64,000 nt of DNA, taken from assembly GCA_963663385.2 (NCBI GenBank), contig CAXXXD010000002.1, forward strand, positions 1,184,001-1,248,000, read 5' to 3'. Origin of the DNA: Oceanispirochaeta sp. GTDB lineage: Bacteria > Spirochaetota > Spirochaetia > DSM-2461. The notes below the pieces were generated by a model. That model worked only from the letters and a program-made list of their open reading frames with translations. It did no database searches and was not told the DNA's origin. The translations under genes were made by a program, and so were the position numbers. Positions within the stretch are counted from its first letter, which is position 1. The number at the start of each line of letters is the position of its first letter. Positions 39,562 through 48,984 of this stretch are shown here, piece after piece.

Positions 39562-40689
39562 TTATTTAAACATTTCGTAACTGGAGGAATCTCCGTTAAG
39601 ATCGATACGGAGAATGGAGTCCAATTGAGAATCGGATGGGACTTTCCCGTAAATCCATTTGTAATTACTTCTGATTTCTTCACGGATGTCCCAGCTGAAA
39701 CGGGACGGATGATTGACCATGGTCATCCATTTCCACATTAGGGGAGATTCCTGATTAGGGGGATCCCAGCGATACCCTCCCAGGGGAAGTTTATAAACTT
39801 TCCGTTCCTTCACAGCACTGACATCGGCCAGTTTGGGATTACTGTAGACGTCCTCGGGAGTCAAACTGGATTCAAATCCGTTTAAATAGATAATTTGAGG
39901 ATCCCAGGATATTATCTGTTCTTCGTTCACTTCGGTGAAGCCTTTAACATCCGCCGCTACGTTGGTTCCTCCGGTAAAGTTCAGGTAGAAATCATTATAT
40001 GTTCCCGATCCTGCAACCATCCTGGAAGAAAGGTAACGGAGAAAATAGAGTACCCGTGGTTTTTCTTCTGTTGGAATGGTATGGGTCAATCCATTGATTT
40101 CATCTAAGCTCTCTTTATGCCAATCGATGATTTTCCGGGCTTTTTCTTCCTTTCCGAGAATCTTTCCAAAGGAAGTAATCCAGCTTTCCAGATCTTCCTG
40201 GGTTCCGTACATTAAGAGAAAAGTGGTCAATCCCGCATTTTCAAGAGGTCCGATGACATTTACTCCCAGATGCCCCCATTGAAAAACAAGATCCGGGTTT
40301 ATAGTAAGCAGTGATTCTATGTTCGGAACAAAACCGTCACCCACAACATCGGAGTTGATATTCAGAGCTTCGGGGAAAAAGTCACCCAGTATGCCTTCAG
40401 CAAGGGCTGCTTTAGAAGACGAGTGCATTCCGGCAAGATGATCGGTTCCACCGTCAACGGCTATCATCAGACTGGCCGCGGGTATCGGGATTGTGACAAT
40501 ACTGTTGATCGGCTTTGGGATTATTACGGTTCTACCAGTCTGGTCTGTAAGTTCAAATGAAGAGGTGGTTGCCGCCTCTTCCGGCTGTGTCTCCCGGGAT
40601 CCCGTGCACCAGAGTCCGGTATTCAGACCCAGTAAAAGAAGGGAAAGCAAAAGAAATCTTGATGCGGCATTGTTAATCTGTTGTTTCAT
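39562..40689 (-). CDS. Iron-chelate/cobalamin-type ABC substrate-binding protein
   Basis: TDQTGRTV.IP, NIESLL..NPDLV, EQI..WDP, AVK..KVY..P. Confidence 0.88.
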   Translation of the reverse strand: MKQQINNAASRFLLLSLLLLGLNTGLWCTGSRETQPEEAATTSSFELTDQTGRTVIIPKPINSIVTIPIPAASLMIAVDGGTDHLAGMHSSSKAALAEGILGDFFPEALNINSDVVGDGFVPNIESLLTINPDLVFQWGHLGVNVIGPLENAGLTTFLLMYGTQEDLESWITSFGKILGKEEKARKIIDWHKESLDEINGLTHTIPTEEKPRVLYFLRYLSSRMVAGSGTYNDFYLNFTGGTNVAADVKGFTEVNEEQIISWDPQIIYLNGFESSLTPEDVYSNPKLADVSAVKERKVYKLPLGGYRWDPPNQESPLMWKWMTMVNHPSRFSWDIREEIRSNYKWIYGKVPSDSQLDSILRIDLNGDSSSYEMFK

Positions 40690-40811
40690 GATTGACTCCT
40701 GTTTTTCTGTAAGTTAGCTAAAGCAAATAATATTTGTATTAACTACATTAATGAATTAAAATGTCAAGACAATTGGAATGATTAAATAATGAAAGTAGAA
40801 ACGCATTTTAA

Positions 40812-40909
40812 ACTCACTGTTAAACAATCCTGATAAGCACTGTCTGTGTATCTTCCAATTTTCATGTAAAAATGCCGTAATAAAGAAAAAAAACAAACCT
40901 CCGTCCCTG
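40812..40909 (+). repeat. ~100-bp RAYT right-flank sequence, copy 2
   Basis: ACTCACTGTTAAACAATCCTGATAAG...ATTTTCATGTAAAAATGCCGTAATAAAGAAAAAAAACAAACCTCCGTCCC. Confidence 0.85.
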
Positions 40910-40926
40910 CTATAAAGGAAAAAGTA

Positions 40927-41727
40927 ATGAAATACAGAGTTATAAAGGATTACAGCGAAGCTCCTTCCAATCCCATTATGATCACTGCTGGTGAAAAACT
41001 TGCTGCTATTAAGGAATCCGATCCTTCCGGAGACTGGCCTGATTGGATTTTCTGCAAAGGTGAGGGTAAAGAGGGCTGGGTTCCCCGGCAGATATTGACT
41101 ATTACGGGGACGGAGGCTGTTACTTCGGCTGTTTCTTCAGAAGATTATTGCGCCCGGGAGTTAAACCTGACGCGGGGAGAGGTTCTGACAGCGGAAAGGC
41201 AGTTGAACGGCTGGATCTGGGGAGCAAAAGAGATCGCTCCCTGTGAGAAGGGATGGGCTCCCCTGAACTGCCTGGAGCAGGTTGACCATCCGGATTATAC
41301 GATCCGAACCATGAAGATGGAGGATTATGAGGAAGTTTACCGATTATGGACCGAAACTGAGGGGATGGGTCTGCGTTCTCTGGATGACTCGGAAGAGGGG
41401 ATAGGCAGATTCCTCAAACGGAATCCTGCCACCTGTTTTCTCTGCCGGTCCGGGGAGAAACTGGCCGGTGTTATCCTCTGCGGCCATGACGGCAGGAGAG
41501 GGTATATCTACCATGCCGCTGTAGATAAAGCCTTCCGCAGACGGGGCATCGGAAAGGCTCTTGTAAATAAGGTCTTAACCGCTCTTGAGAAGGAGGGTAT
41601 TAATAAGACGGCTCTGGTTGTATTTGACTCCAACACTGCCGGTAATAGTTTCTGGGAATCCCTCGGTTTTACGGAACGATGCGATTTGATTTACAGGAAC
41701 AGGGCTGTCAACGAGTCAAATACATGA
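40927..41727 (+). CDS. SH3-like domain(s) fused to a GNAT N-acetyltransferase
   Basis: WIFC...EGWVP and GWIW...KGWAP SH3-type motifs; C-terminal GHDGRRGYIYH.AV..FRRRGIG, FWESLGF. Confidence 0.8.
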   Translation: MKYRVIKDYSEAPSNPIMITAGEKLAAIKESDPSGDWPDWIFCKGEGKEGWVPRQILTITGTEAVTSAVSSEDYCARELNLTRGEVLTAERQLNGWIWGAKEIAPCEKGWAPLNCLEQVDHPDYTIRTMKMEDYEEVYRLWTETEGMGLRSLDDSEEGIGRFLKRNPATCFLCRSGEKLAGVILCGHDGRRGYIYHAAVDKAFRRRGIGKALVNKVLTALEKEGINKTALVVFDSNTAGNSFWESLGFTERCDLIYRNRAVNESNT

Positions 41728-41807
41728 TGTGCAGCAGTGTTTGATTAATAGCCGCTCTCTTGTGTATCCTGTATGAAAATCTTTAATAATTGAGAAGGAA
41801 AGATAGC

Positions 41808-42095
41808 ATGATTGGGATAATGGCCGAGTTTGATATTAAAAGTGATTGTATTGATAAATTCCTTGAAGAGGTAAAACCTCTGGTTAAAGCATCTAACGAA
41901 GAAGCCGGTTGTATTAAATATGAGCTTCACAAGGCTTTGGGATCGGACAATATCTTTGTTATGGTGGAAGAGTGGAAAGATCAGGCAGCTATTGATTTTC
42001 ATAACAGTTCGGAACACTTTACAACAATCGTACCCAGGCTGGGGGCTCTGTCGGCTAAGGAAACCAAAGTGACTCTTATGGAAAGAGTCCTGTAA
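41808..42095 (+). CDS. Antibiotic biosynthesis monooxygenase (ABM) family protein
   Basis: EAGCIKYEL, FVMVEEW, H..SEHF. Confidence 0.85.
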   Translation: MIGIMAEFDIKSDCIDKFLEEVKPLVKASNEEAGCIKYELHKALGSDNIFVMVEEWKDQAAIDFHNSSEHFTTIVPRLGALSAKETKVTLMERVL

Positions 42096-42142
42096 TCTAT
42101 ACTTAACAGAACTAAATTGTTAGATACCAGATATTCTCTCCT

Positions 42143-42946
42143 CTATATCCAATCCCGGAAATACCCCATCCGGGACGTTCTTATTTTCATAACGTCCTCC
42201 GGTTCAATCCGGAAGCTGCAAAATGACTCTTCCATTCCCGCTGCTTCCGCCAGGATATCTCCCCTCGGGTTTATAATCAGGGAGGCCGCCGGGCTCCTCC
42301 CTTTATCCGGCCGGTCCCATATCTGATTGCAGCTGGCTATAAAACAGGTGTTGTCATACGCTCTGGCGGGCAGGTATTTCTTCATCCTCATCAGCTTCTC
42401 AGCCCCTGTTTCCCGGGGAGAGGCGAAGGGCATAAGCAGTAAACCGGCTCCCTTGTCAGCCAGTCTGCCGCTGATTTCGGGAAAATGGGTTTCGGCGCAA
42501 ATCTGGATGCCTATATGAAAGGGGAGTTTAAAGGGCAGCCGGTCATTTCTTAACACCTCGGCCGTCTTCCCCGGTGAAAAGACTGATCTCTCCGAAGGAC
42601 CGGGGATGTTTTTTTCATGTATATGGAGTATTTCCCCTCTGTATAAAACGTAATGGGCTATTATGATATTGCCGCCTCTGAAAAGAGGCGCTCCCGCCAG
42701 GACGATCCCCTGATAACCTGTTTCCCGTGTAAGAACCGCTAAATCATCCAGGGTCTGCTGAATCATTTTTCTATGGCTTAACAGCCACTCCCGGTTTTTA
42801 ACATATCCAGTCAGACTGAGTTCCGGGAACAGGAGTATCCGGGTATCTCCGGTTTTCTCCAGCCATTTCCGGTGTCCCGACAGGTTCTGACTCAGATCTC
42901 CGGGGCGGCAGGCGAGGTTTACAGTTGTAAGCTTGATCAGACTCAT
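42143..42946 (-). CDS. Carbon-nitrogen hydrolase (nitrilase superfamily)
   Basis: Catalytic triad motifs FPEL, HEK, ICAE; ARAYDN. Confidence 0.88.
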   Translation of the reverse strand: MSLIKLTTVNLACRPGDLSQNLSGHRKWLEKTGDTRILLFPELSLTGYVKNREWLLSHRKMIQQTLDDLAVLTRETGYQGIVLAGAPLFRGGNIIIAHYVLYRGEILHIHEKNIPGPSERSVFSPGKTAEVLRNDRLPFKLPFHIGIQICAETHFPEISGRLADKGAGLLLMPFASPRETGAEKLMRMKKYLPARAYDNTCFIASCNQIWDRPDKGRSPAASLIINPRGDILAEAAGMEESFCSFRIEPEDVMKIRTSRMGYFRDWI

Positions 42947-43177
42947 CTGTTTAACCGCTGAATTCTGCCGCAATATACGGTATCCGTGTGTTTTCCTGCA
43001 TGGTAGTATTAATGCACTGTTTTTTAAAAAAGTAAAATATCCGGAAGCAGGTTGAGCCTCTCTGTGTGCGGCTGTTAACTTATATTGCGGTTTATCTGTA
43101 TACAGTTGTCTGACTTTTTAACAATATTCCAACAATCATTGACACATGCCTGAACATAGTTTTACCATTATATATCT

Positions 43178-44323
43178 ATGACAGGTATAAGCCTTCCAGG
43201 GGAAGGACGGTATTTTAAAGCGGTATTTTCCATTTCCATTCTTTTACTGAATGCTCTTATTATAATGGTATCGAATTCCCTTTTTTTTCAGGATCGATAT
43301 TTTACACAGCAGTTTGTTTTCGGGCGTATCCTGGAGGTTTCATCTGACAATCTGGATTCGGACCCCTATATCCCGGGCAGCAGTCTGGGCAAGCAGTCCC
43401 TGAAGGTGGAGATCCTGTCCGGCAGGGATAAAGGTTCAGTGTATGATATTTTCAATACACTCTCCAGATCCCATAATATCCGGGCGGAAAAGGGAAAAAA
43501 GTATGTCTTCTCCATAAGGGAAGAGGACGGGCGGGATAAGGTCGTCTGGCTTTACAATTATAACCGTCTGCCTGTCCTTCTCACTGTAGCGGCGCTGTTT
43601 ATCCTCTTCATAATACTGGTGGCCGGCAAACAGGGGTTCCGGTCTCTGGTCTCGCTCAGTTTTACAGCTGTTGTTATCCTGTTTGTAATTGTTCCCATGA
43701 TCCTGCGGGGGTATGACCCCATTCCCCTGGCTATTATCTGTCTGAGTATTATCACTCTGGTGAGCTTCCTTCTTCTGACAGGATGGAGCCGAAAAACCCT
43801 TATTGCCCTTCTGGGAACCATGGGGGGGATTATGGCAGCAGGTCTTATCAGTCTTGCCGCTTCCCGGGCCGCCCATCTGTCGGGGATTCACCTTGAGAAA
43901 GGGGAGCAGATTCTGTATATTGCCCAGGATTACGGGATCCGGATACACGGTTTCCTGTTTATTTCCATTCTGATTGCTTCACTGGGTGCCGTAATGGATG
44001 TGGCTATGAGTCTGGCGTCCTCCATGGAAGAGATTAAAAAACACAATCTCTCCCTGACTCCCCGGGAACATTTCCACTCCGGCATGGTTATAGGACGGGA
44101 TTTGATAGGAACAATGGTAAACACGCTGATACTGGCTTTTACCGGCAGTTCGTTTACTCTGATTCTCATGATCGCGGGACTATCTATGACATTCAGGCAG
44201 TTTATCAACATACCCCTGATTGCCATAGAAATTATACAGGCTTTGGCCGGGAGTATCGGAATTATCCTTTCAGTACCCCTTACCAATATAATAGCTACAT
44301 TATTACACACAAAGGAGACGTGA
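43178..44323 (+). CDS. YibE/F family membrane protein
   Basis: LGAVMDVAMSLAS, SGM.IGRD.IGTM.NTLILAF.G. Confidence 0.88.
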   Translation: MTGISLPGEGRYFKAVFSISILLLNALIIMVSNSLFFQDRYFTQQFVFGRILEVSSDNLDSDPYIPGSSLGKQSLKVEILSGRDKGSVYDIFNTLSRSHNIRAEKGKKYVFSIREEDGRDKVVWLYNYNRLPVLLTVAALFILFIILVAGKQGFRSLVSLSFTAVVILFVIVPMILRGYDPIPLAIICLSIITLVSFLLLTGWSRKTLIALLGTMGGIMAAGLISLAASRAAHLSGIHLEKGEQILYIAQDYGIRIHGFLFISILIASLGAVMDVAMSLASSMEEIKKHNLSLTPREHFHSGMVIGRDLIGTMVNTLILAFTGSSFTLILMIAGLSMTFRQFINIPLIAIEIIQALAGSIGIILSVPLTNIIATLLHTKET

Positions 44324-44326
44324 GTA

Positions 44327-46195
44327 ATGAAAAGAAGAATCTCTTATTCCATGGCAGGACTTGTCCTGCTCGTCATGCTGGTATTTGTCGGATGCGCCAA
44401 CAATACGGTAGCCCCCTCTGCGGCAAAAACGGAGAGTTCCGAACTCAGCCTATACGACAGCCAGAAAGATCTGGTAGAAGTTATAGGCGGAAAAGAACTG
44501 ACCGAGCAGACAATCGCCATCGGTGCGACTGCCGATATCCATGGAAGAATCTATGCCTATGATTATGCCATTGATTCACCCGATTCCGATGCAGGTCTGA
44601 CCAAAATCTATACCGCCATCATCCAGGAGAAAGCTGTCAATCCCGACATGATTCTGATGGATGTGGGCGATACGGTTCAGGACAACTCAGCCGAGCTGTT
44701 TAACGATCTGGATACTCATCCTGTTATTCAGGCTCTGAATAAAATGGATTATGATCTCTGGGTTCTGGGGAACCATGAATTCAATTTTGAAAAATCCTTT
44801 GTAGACAGGAATCTGCTGAATTTTGACGGTGCTGTCGTAACAGCCAATATCCGTGAATCCGCCGACGGCAGCCACTATGCCATGCCCTACAAGTTTTTTA
44901 ATGTAAACGGATGCCGGGTCGGGGTTATCGGTCTGATTCCTCCCCATATCCCCGAATGGGAAGCTTCTTCACCCTCTCACTTCAAAGGTCTGGAATTCAA
45001 GGGAACACTGGCTTCTGTTAAAGAAACCATGATGGAAATGGACGGTAAATACGATGTTCTGGTGGGAGCCTTTCACCTGGGCCGTACAGACGACAGAGGC
45101 GCTGAAGCTGTAAAGGATATTGCCAATGCCATCCCCGAATTCGATGTCATCTTCGGCGGACACGAACACGCCAAATATGTGGAAGAAGTAAACGGCGTTG
45201 CCATTATCGAACCCGGTGCCTACGGATGGGCTCTGGCCCGTGCGGATATTCAGGTTAAAAAAGAAGGGGACGAATGGAAGGTTCTGGACGTTAAGGCTTT
45301 CAATGTGGAAACAAGCCCTCTTCAGGAAAACCCTGTTCTTATGAACGATTTTGCTTTTGTTCACGAACAGTCAGTTGCCGATGCCAATGTGGTAGTGGGT
45401 AAAGTCAGCGGTGAATTCGTTGACGGTGTTGACTTCCTGACAGGTGAGGATGATGTTACAACCATGCCCCGTGCCCAGATTGAAGATACAGCCGTCATCG
45501 ATCTGATTAATGAAGTTCAGATGTTCTATACCGGTTCAGATGTTTCATCCGCCGCTCTGTTCAAATTCGGTTCCACCCTGCATGAGGGGGAATTCAAGAA
45601 AAAAGATGTGGCCTATATCTATATGTATCCCAATACTCTGGTTGGTGTGAATATTACCGGTAAAAACCTGAAAGCCTATATGGAATGGTCCGCTTCCTAC
45701 TACAACAGTGTAAAAGACGGGGATCTGACCATCAGCTTCAACAAGGATATCCGCGGATACAACTACGATATGTTTGCCGGTCTGGAATACGAAATCGATC
45801 TGACAAGACCGGCCGGAGACAGGGTCGTCAATGTTATGAAAGACGGCGCTCCCCTGGATATGGGAAAAACCTATAAACTGGCAATTAACAACTACCGGTT
45901 CGGTACGCTGATCGGTCTGGAACTGGTTACCCCCGATGATAAATACTTTGACTCCTATGAGGTAATGCAGGATGCCGGAAGAATCCGCAGCCTGATTGTC
46001 CAGTATGTACAGGAAGAGAAGGGCGGTGTTGTCGATCCCGTTGTGGATAACAACTGGGAACTGGTCGGTTTCGACTTCGACAATCCCATGATCGATACGG
46101 TTATTGAACGGATTAAAGCCGGAACTCTGACTATCCCCGCTTCCGAAGACGGAAGAACCCTGAATGTCAGATCTGTAACCGCTGCCGATCTCTAA
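44327..46195 (+). CDS. Bifunctional 2',3'-cyclic-nucleotide phosphodiesterase / 5'-nucleotidase lipoprotein
   Basis: Lipobox FVGC; ADIHG, DVGD, GNHEFN, GGHEH; C-terminal 5'-nucleotidase domain (INNYR). Confidence 0.9.
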   Translation: MKRRISYSMAGLVLLVMLVFVGCANNTVAPSAAKTESSELSLYDSQKDLVEVIGGKELTEQTIAIGATADIHGRIYAYDYAIDSPDSDAGLTKIYTAIIQEKAVNPDMILMDVGDTVQDNSAELFNDLDTHPVIQALNKMDYDLWVLGNHEFNFEKSFVDRNLLNFDGAVVTANIRESADGSHYAMPYKFFNVNGCRVGVIGLIPPHIPEWEASSPSHFKGLEFKGTLASVKETMMEMDGKYDVLVGAFHLGRTDDRGAEAVKDIANAIPEFDVIFGGHEHAKYVEEVNGVAIIEPGAYGWALARADIQVKKEGDEWKVLDVKAFNVETSPLQENPVLMNDFAFVHEQSVADANVVVGKVSGEFVDGVDFLTGEDDVTTMPRAQIEDTAVIDLINEVQMFYTGSDVSSAALFKFGSTLHEGEFKKKDVAYIYMYPNTLVGVNITGKNLKAYMEWSASYYNSVKDGDLTISFNKDIRGYNYDMFAGLEYEIDLTRPAGDRVVNVMKDGAPLDMGKTYKLAINNYRFGTLIGLELVTPDDKYFDSYEVMQDAGRIRSLIVQYVQEEKGGVVDPVVDNNWELVGFDFDNPMIDTVIERIKAGTLTIPASEDGRTLNVRSVTAADL

Positions 46196-46221
46196 AATCA
46201 GTTATTCTAACTGATATGTGT

Positions 46222-46268
46222 TAAACCGCCCCCGGTTCCTCGAGCGAAGTCGAGAGGGGGCGGTTTTT
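46222..46268 (+). terminator. Rho-independent terminator
   Basis: AAACCGCCCCC ... GGGGGCGGTTTTT stem with T tract. Confidence 0.75.
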
Positions 46269-46484
46269 GATATCTGTGCATATATATAAACTTGACGATG
46301 CAGATTGCAGGGGGTTATTGTATGGATAGGATTCTTCAAGTGGAATTATTCACATTTGATAAACATTTCTTTTTGATGAAGGATCTGCATTCCCTGAACT
46401 TATTCATATAAACAATCTTCCCAAACTCCGCTTGCTCCCCTTCGTATTATGGCTATAATGGAGGAGATCTGAGGAGGTACCGGA

Positions 46485-47096
46485 ATGGACAGATGGGTTA
46501 AACCGGAACAGAGAAGAAAATTTATGGCTGATCAGGGTATCGTTTATCTGGAACGGGCCGTATTCTCCGCTCTTCCCGCTTTCAAACGGGCGCTTGCTGA
46601 ATCTCCCTACTATCTTGAGAACCGGGAAGAATTCGATCACCTTTCTGCCCTGTACGGACCTTCTATAAAGAATCACTCCCTGGCTCCCGTTTCCATTCGC
46701 TTTATCAGCAAAGAAGTAGGGTACGGCCTTTTTACGGAGGAGGACCTGGAGGCGGGTACTTTTATCGGTGAATATACGGGAATTGTTCAGGAGGGTCTGG
46801 ATCTGCCTCCCGAAAACCCCGACGCCGGGAGTTTTGATACCGATTATACCTGGGACTATCCCGATGCCTGGTACGATGATATCCTTTATGAAATCAACGC
46901 CCTGAAAAAAGGGAATGAACTGCGCTATGTCAATCACAGTTTCGAACCCAATCTGGCAGTAGAGCATACCCTGCTGGATAACCGATGGGTGATATTTTTT
47001 GTCTGTGAGCATCCTTTGAAAGCCGGTACTCAGTTAACAGTGGATTACGGGGAAGAGTACTGGTCCGGAGGATTCCGGGAACTGATCCTTTTTTAA
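46485..47096 (+). CDS. SET domain protein-lysine methyltransferase
   Basis: GYGLF, FIGEYTG, RYVNHS.EPN, LTVDYG..YW. Confidence 0.9.
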   Translation: MDRWVKPEQRRKFMADQGIVYLERAVFSALPAFKRALAESPYYLENREEFDHLSALYGPSIKNHSLAPVSIRFISKEVGYGLFTEEDLEAGTFIGEYTGIVQEGLDLPPENPDAGSFDTDYTWDYPDAWYDDILYEINALKKGNELRYVNHSFEPNLAVEHTLLDNRWVIFFVCEHPLKAGTQLTVDYGEEYWSGGFRELILF

Positions 47097-47129
47097 TTTA
47101 GAAAACTACAGCTGGAGGAACAACTTAAG

Positions 47130-47978
47130 ATGAACGCCGGATGGATGAATGGAAAAATTCTGGATGAAAAGGAGATGGTTCTTCCCGTAAGGGATCTGGG
47201 AGTGCTCCGGGGGTACGGGGTTTTTGACTTTCTTCGGACTTATAAGAAAAGGCCCTTTCATCTGGAGGACCATATGGTTCGTCTGCAGCACTCTGCCCGT
47301 GAGATCGGAATGACTATCCCCTATAGCCTGGAAGAGCTTGAAAAGGCCATGATCGACCTGCTGGAATATTCGGATCAGGATGAAGTGGGACTCCGGATTG
47401 TCTGTACGGGAGGCTTCAGCCGGGACAGTCTGACTTCGAAGGATGGCTGCAACCTTTTTATTCTGATGGATCCTCTCAAGAAATTTCCTCCTATGTACTA
47501 TGAGGATGGAGTTAAAATAATTACCTATAGGCACATGAGATTTCAGCCGGAAGCCAAAAGCCTTAACTACATCCCTGCCATGGAAGCCATGCAGGAAGCC
47601 GATGATAAGGGCGCTGTGGAAGCTCTCTACTGCGACGAAAAAGGGCGCCTTCTGGAAGGGACAACATCCAATGTCTTTATCAGGAAGCAGGGGTTCTGGA
47701 TCACCCCCGGGAGGGATGTTCTGAAAGGGGTAACCCGTCAGGTAATCATGAATCTGATCGATCCTGCCGAACTTAAGGCCGAGGATATTTATATCAGTGA
47801 TCTGGATGGCGCGGAAGAGGTCTTTATCACATCCTCCTCCAAGGAGATAGTCCCCGTTACTCAGGTGGATGAACTCCGCTTTGGCGATGGGGCGGGACCG
47901 GAAACAAAAAAACTGATGAAGTTGTTCCGGCATTATGTCGATTCGCCCGAAAAATGGGGATTCAATGGTTCTTTATAA
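47130..47978 (+). CDS. PLP-dependent aminotransferase class IV (D-amino acid/branched-chain type)
   Basis: D.G..RGYGVF, H..RL..SA, KSLNY, EGTTSNVF, LKGVTR, EEVFITSS. Confidence 0.9.
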   Translation: MNAGWMNGKILDEKEMVLPVRDLGVLRGYGVFDFLRTYKKRPFHLEDHMVRLQHSAREIGMTIPYSLEELEKAMIDLLEYSDQDEVGLRIVCTGGFSRDSLTSKDGCNLFILMDPLKKFPPMYYEDGVKIITYRHMRFQPEAKSLNYIPAMEAMQEADDKGAVEALYCDEKGRLLEGTTSNVFIRKQGFWITPGRDVLKGVTRQVIMNLIDPAELKAEDIYISDLDGAEEVFITSSSKEIVPVTQVDELRFGDGAGPETKKLMKLFRHYVDSPEKWGFNGSL

Positions 47979-48984
47979 TCCCGAAGCCGTAATCTCGTTC
48001 AGCCGGTACGGTATAGGCATCCCATCTCTGGACAGCCGTAAATCCAATACAATCAAAGCCCTCCTGGAAAATCCCCTTCTGGGCGGACTGTCCGGTCAGT
48101 GGTACAGAAGCGAAATCCCTTCTCTCATCGAAAGGGAAGATCTGGAAAGGGCGCACACACCGGAATATATCAATGCACTGTACGGGAGTCAGCTGGAGGA
48201 CAAACTGATTCAGGCCTATGAATTGATCGATGATACGGGACAGTATCATCGTTACAATCCGGATACCGCCGAAAAGCCCCTTTCCGGTCTTCTGGAGGAT
48301 GTTTTAAGAATCATTTCCGGATCCTGTCTGAATATCAAGCAGGCCCTGACAGAGGGGTTTTCCTATTACCTGGGAGGAGGTATGCACCACGCCCATCCCG
48401 GGTTCGGTCACGGTTTCTGTCTTTTGAACGATATCTGCATAGCCCTGCTGAAGGCTCAGTCCGAAGGGCTTTTTCAGACTGCCTGGGTTGTGGATGTTGA
48501 TGCCCACAGAGGGGACGGGACGGCGGAGATCCTGTCCGGTAGGAGTTCAATTACCAGTTTAAGTATACATATGGCGGAAGGCTGGCCTCTGGATACACCG
48601 GAATTCAATGAAGAGGGGATGCTGAATCCGGGTTGGTTCCCCGGGGATGTGGATATCCCTGTTCATTCCGGAGAAGAGGACAGCTATGTTCCCCGTCTGC
48701 TGAAAGCCCTTAAGGGGCTGGCCGCAAATGGTCTCCCCGATCTTGTTCTTGTCGTGGGCGGTGTTGATCCTTACGAAAAGGATGAACTGGCATCTACGGC
48801 TCCCATCGGTATGACAAAGGAACAGATGCTGGAACGGGACAGTTCCATCTATGACTTCTTTGATTCCCGCAGGGTCGCTCAGGCCTGGGTAGCCGCCGGA
48901 GGGTACGGGAGGTCATCCTGGGAGATTCACACACAGTTTCTCCAGCAGACCCTGCTGAAAAGATTGGGCTGTTCTCCGGAATGA
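47965..48984 (+). CDS. Histone deacetylase family Zn-dependent deacylase
   Basis: GGMHHA, GFC, DVDAHRGDGT, GVD, GGY. Confidence 0.9.
   Translation: MVLYNPEAVISFSRYGIGIPSLDSRKSNTIKALLENPLLGGLSGQWYRSEIPSLIEREDLERAHTPEYINALYGSQLEDKLIQAYELIDDTGQYHRYNPDTAEKPLSGLLEDVLRIISGSCLNIKQALTEGFSYYLGGGMHHAHPGFGHGFCLLNDICIALLKAQSEGLFQTAWVVDVDAHRGDGTAEILSGRSSITSLSIHMAEGWPLDTPEFNEEGMLNPGWFPGDVDIPVHSGEEDSYVPRLLKALKGLAANGLPDLVLVVGGVDPYEKDELASTAPIGMTKEQMLERDSSIYDFFDSRRVAQAWVAAGGYGRSSWEIHTQFLQQTLLKRLGCSPE

Noticed and set aside
40690..40810. Cobalamin riboswitch upstream of the chelate importer
   Set aside because: The region is short, AT-rich and lacks B12-box motifs
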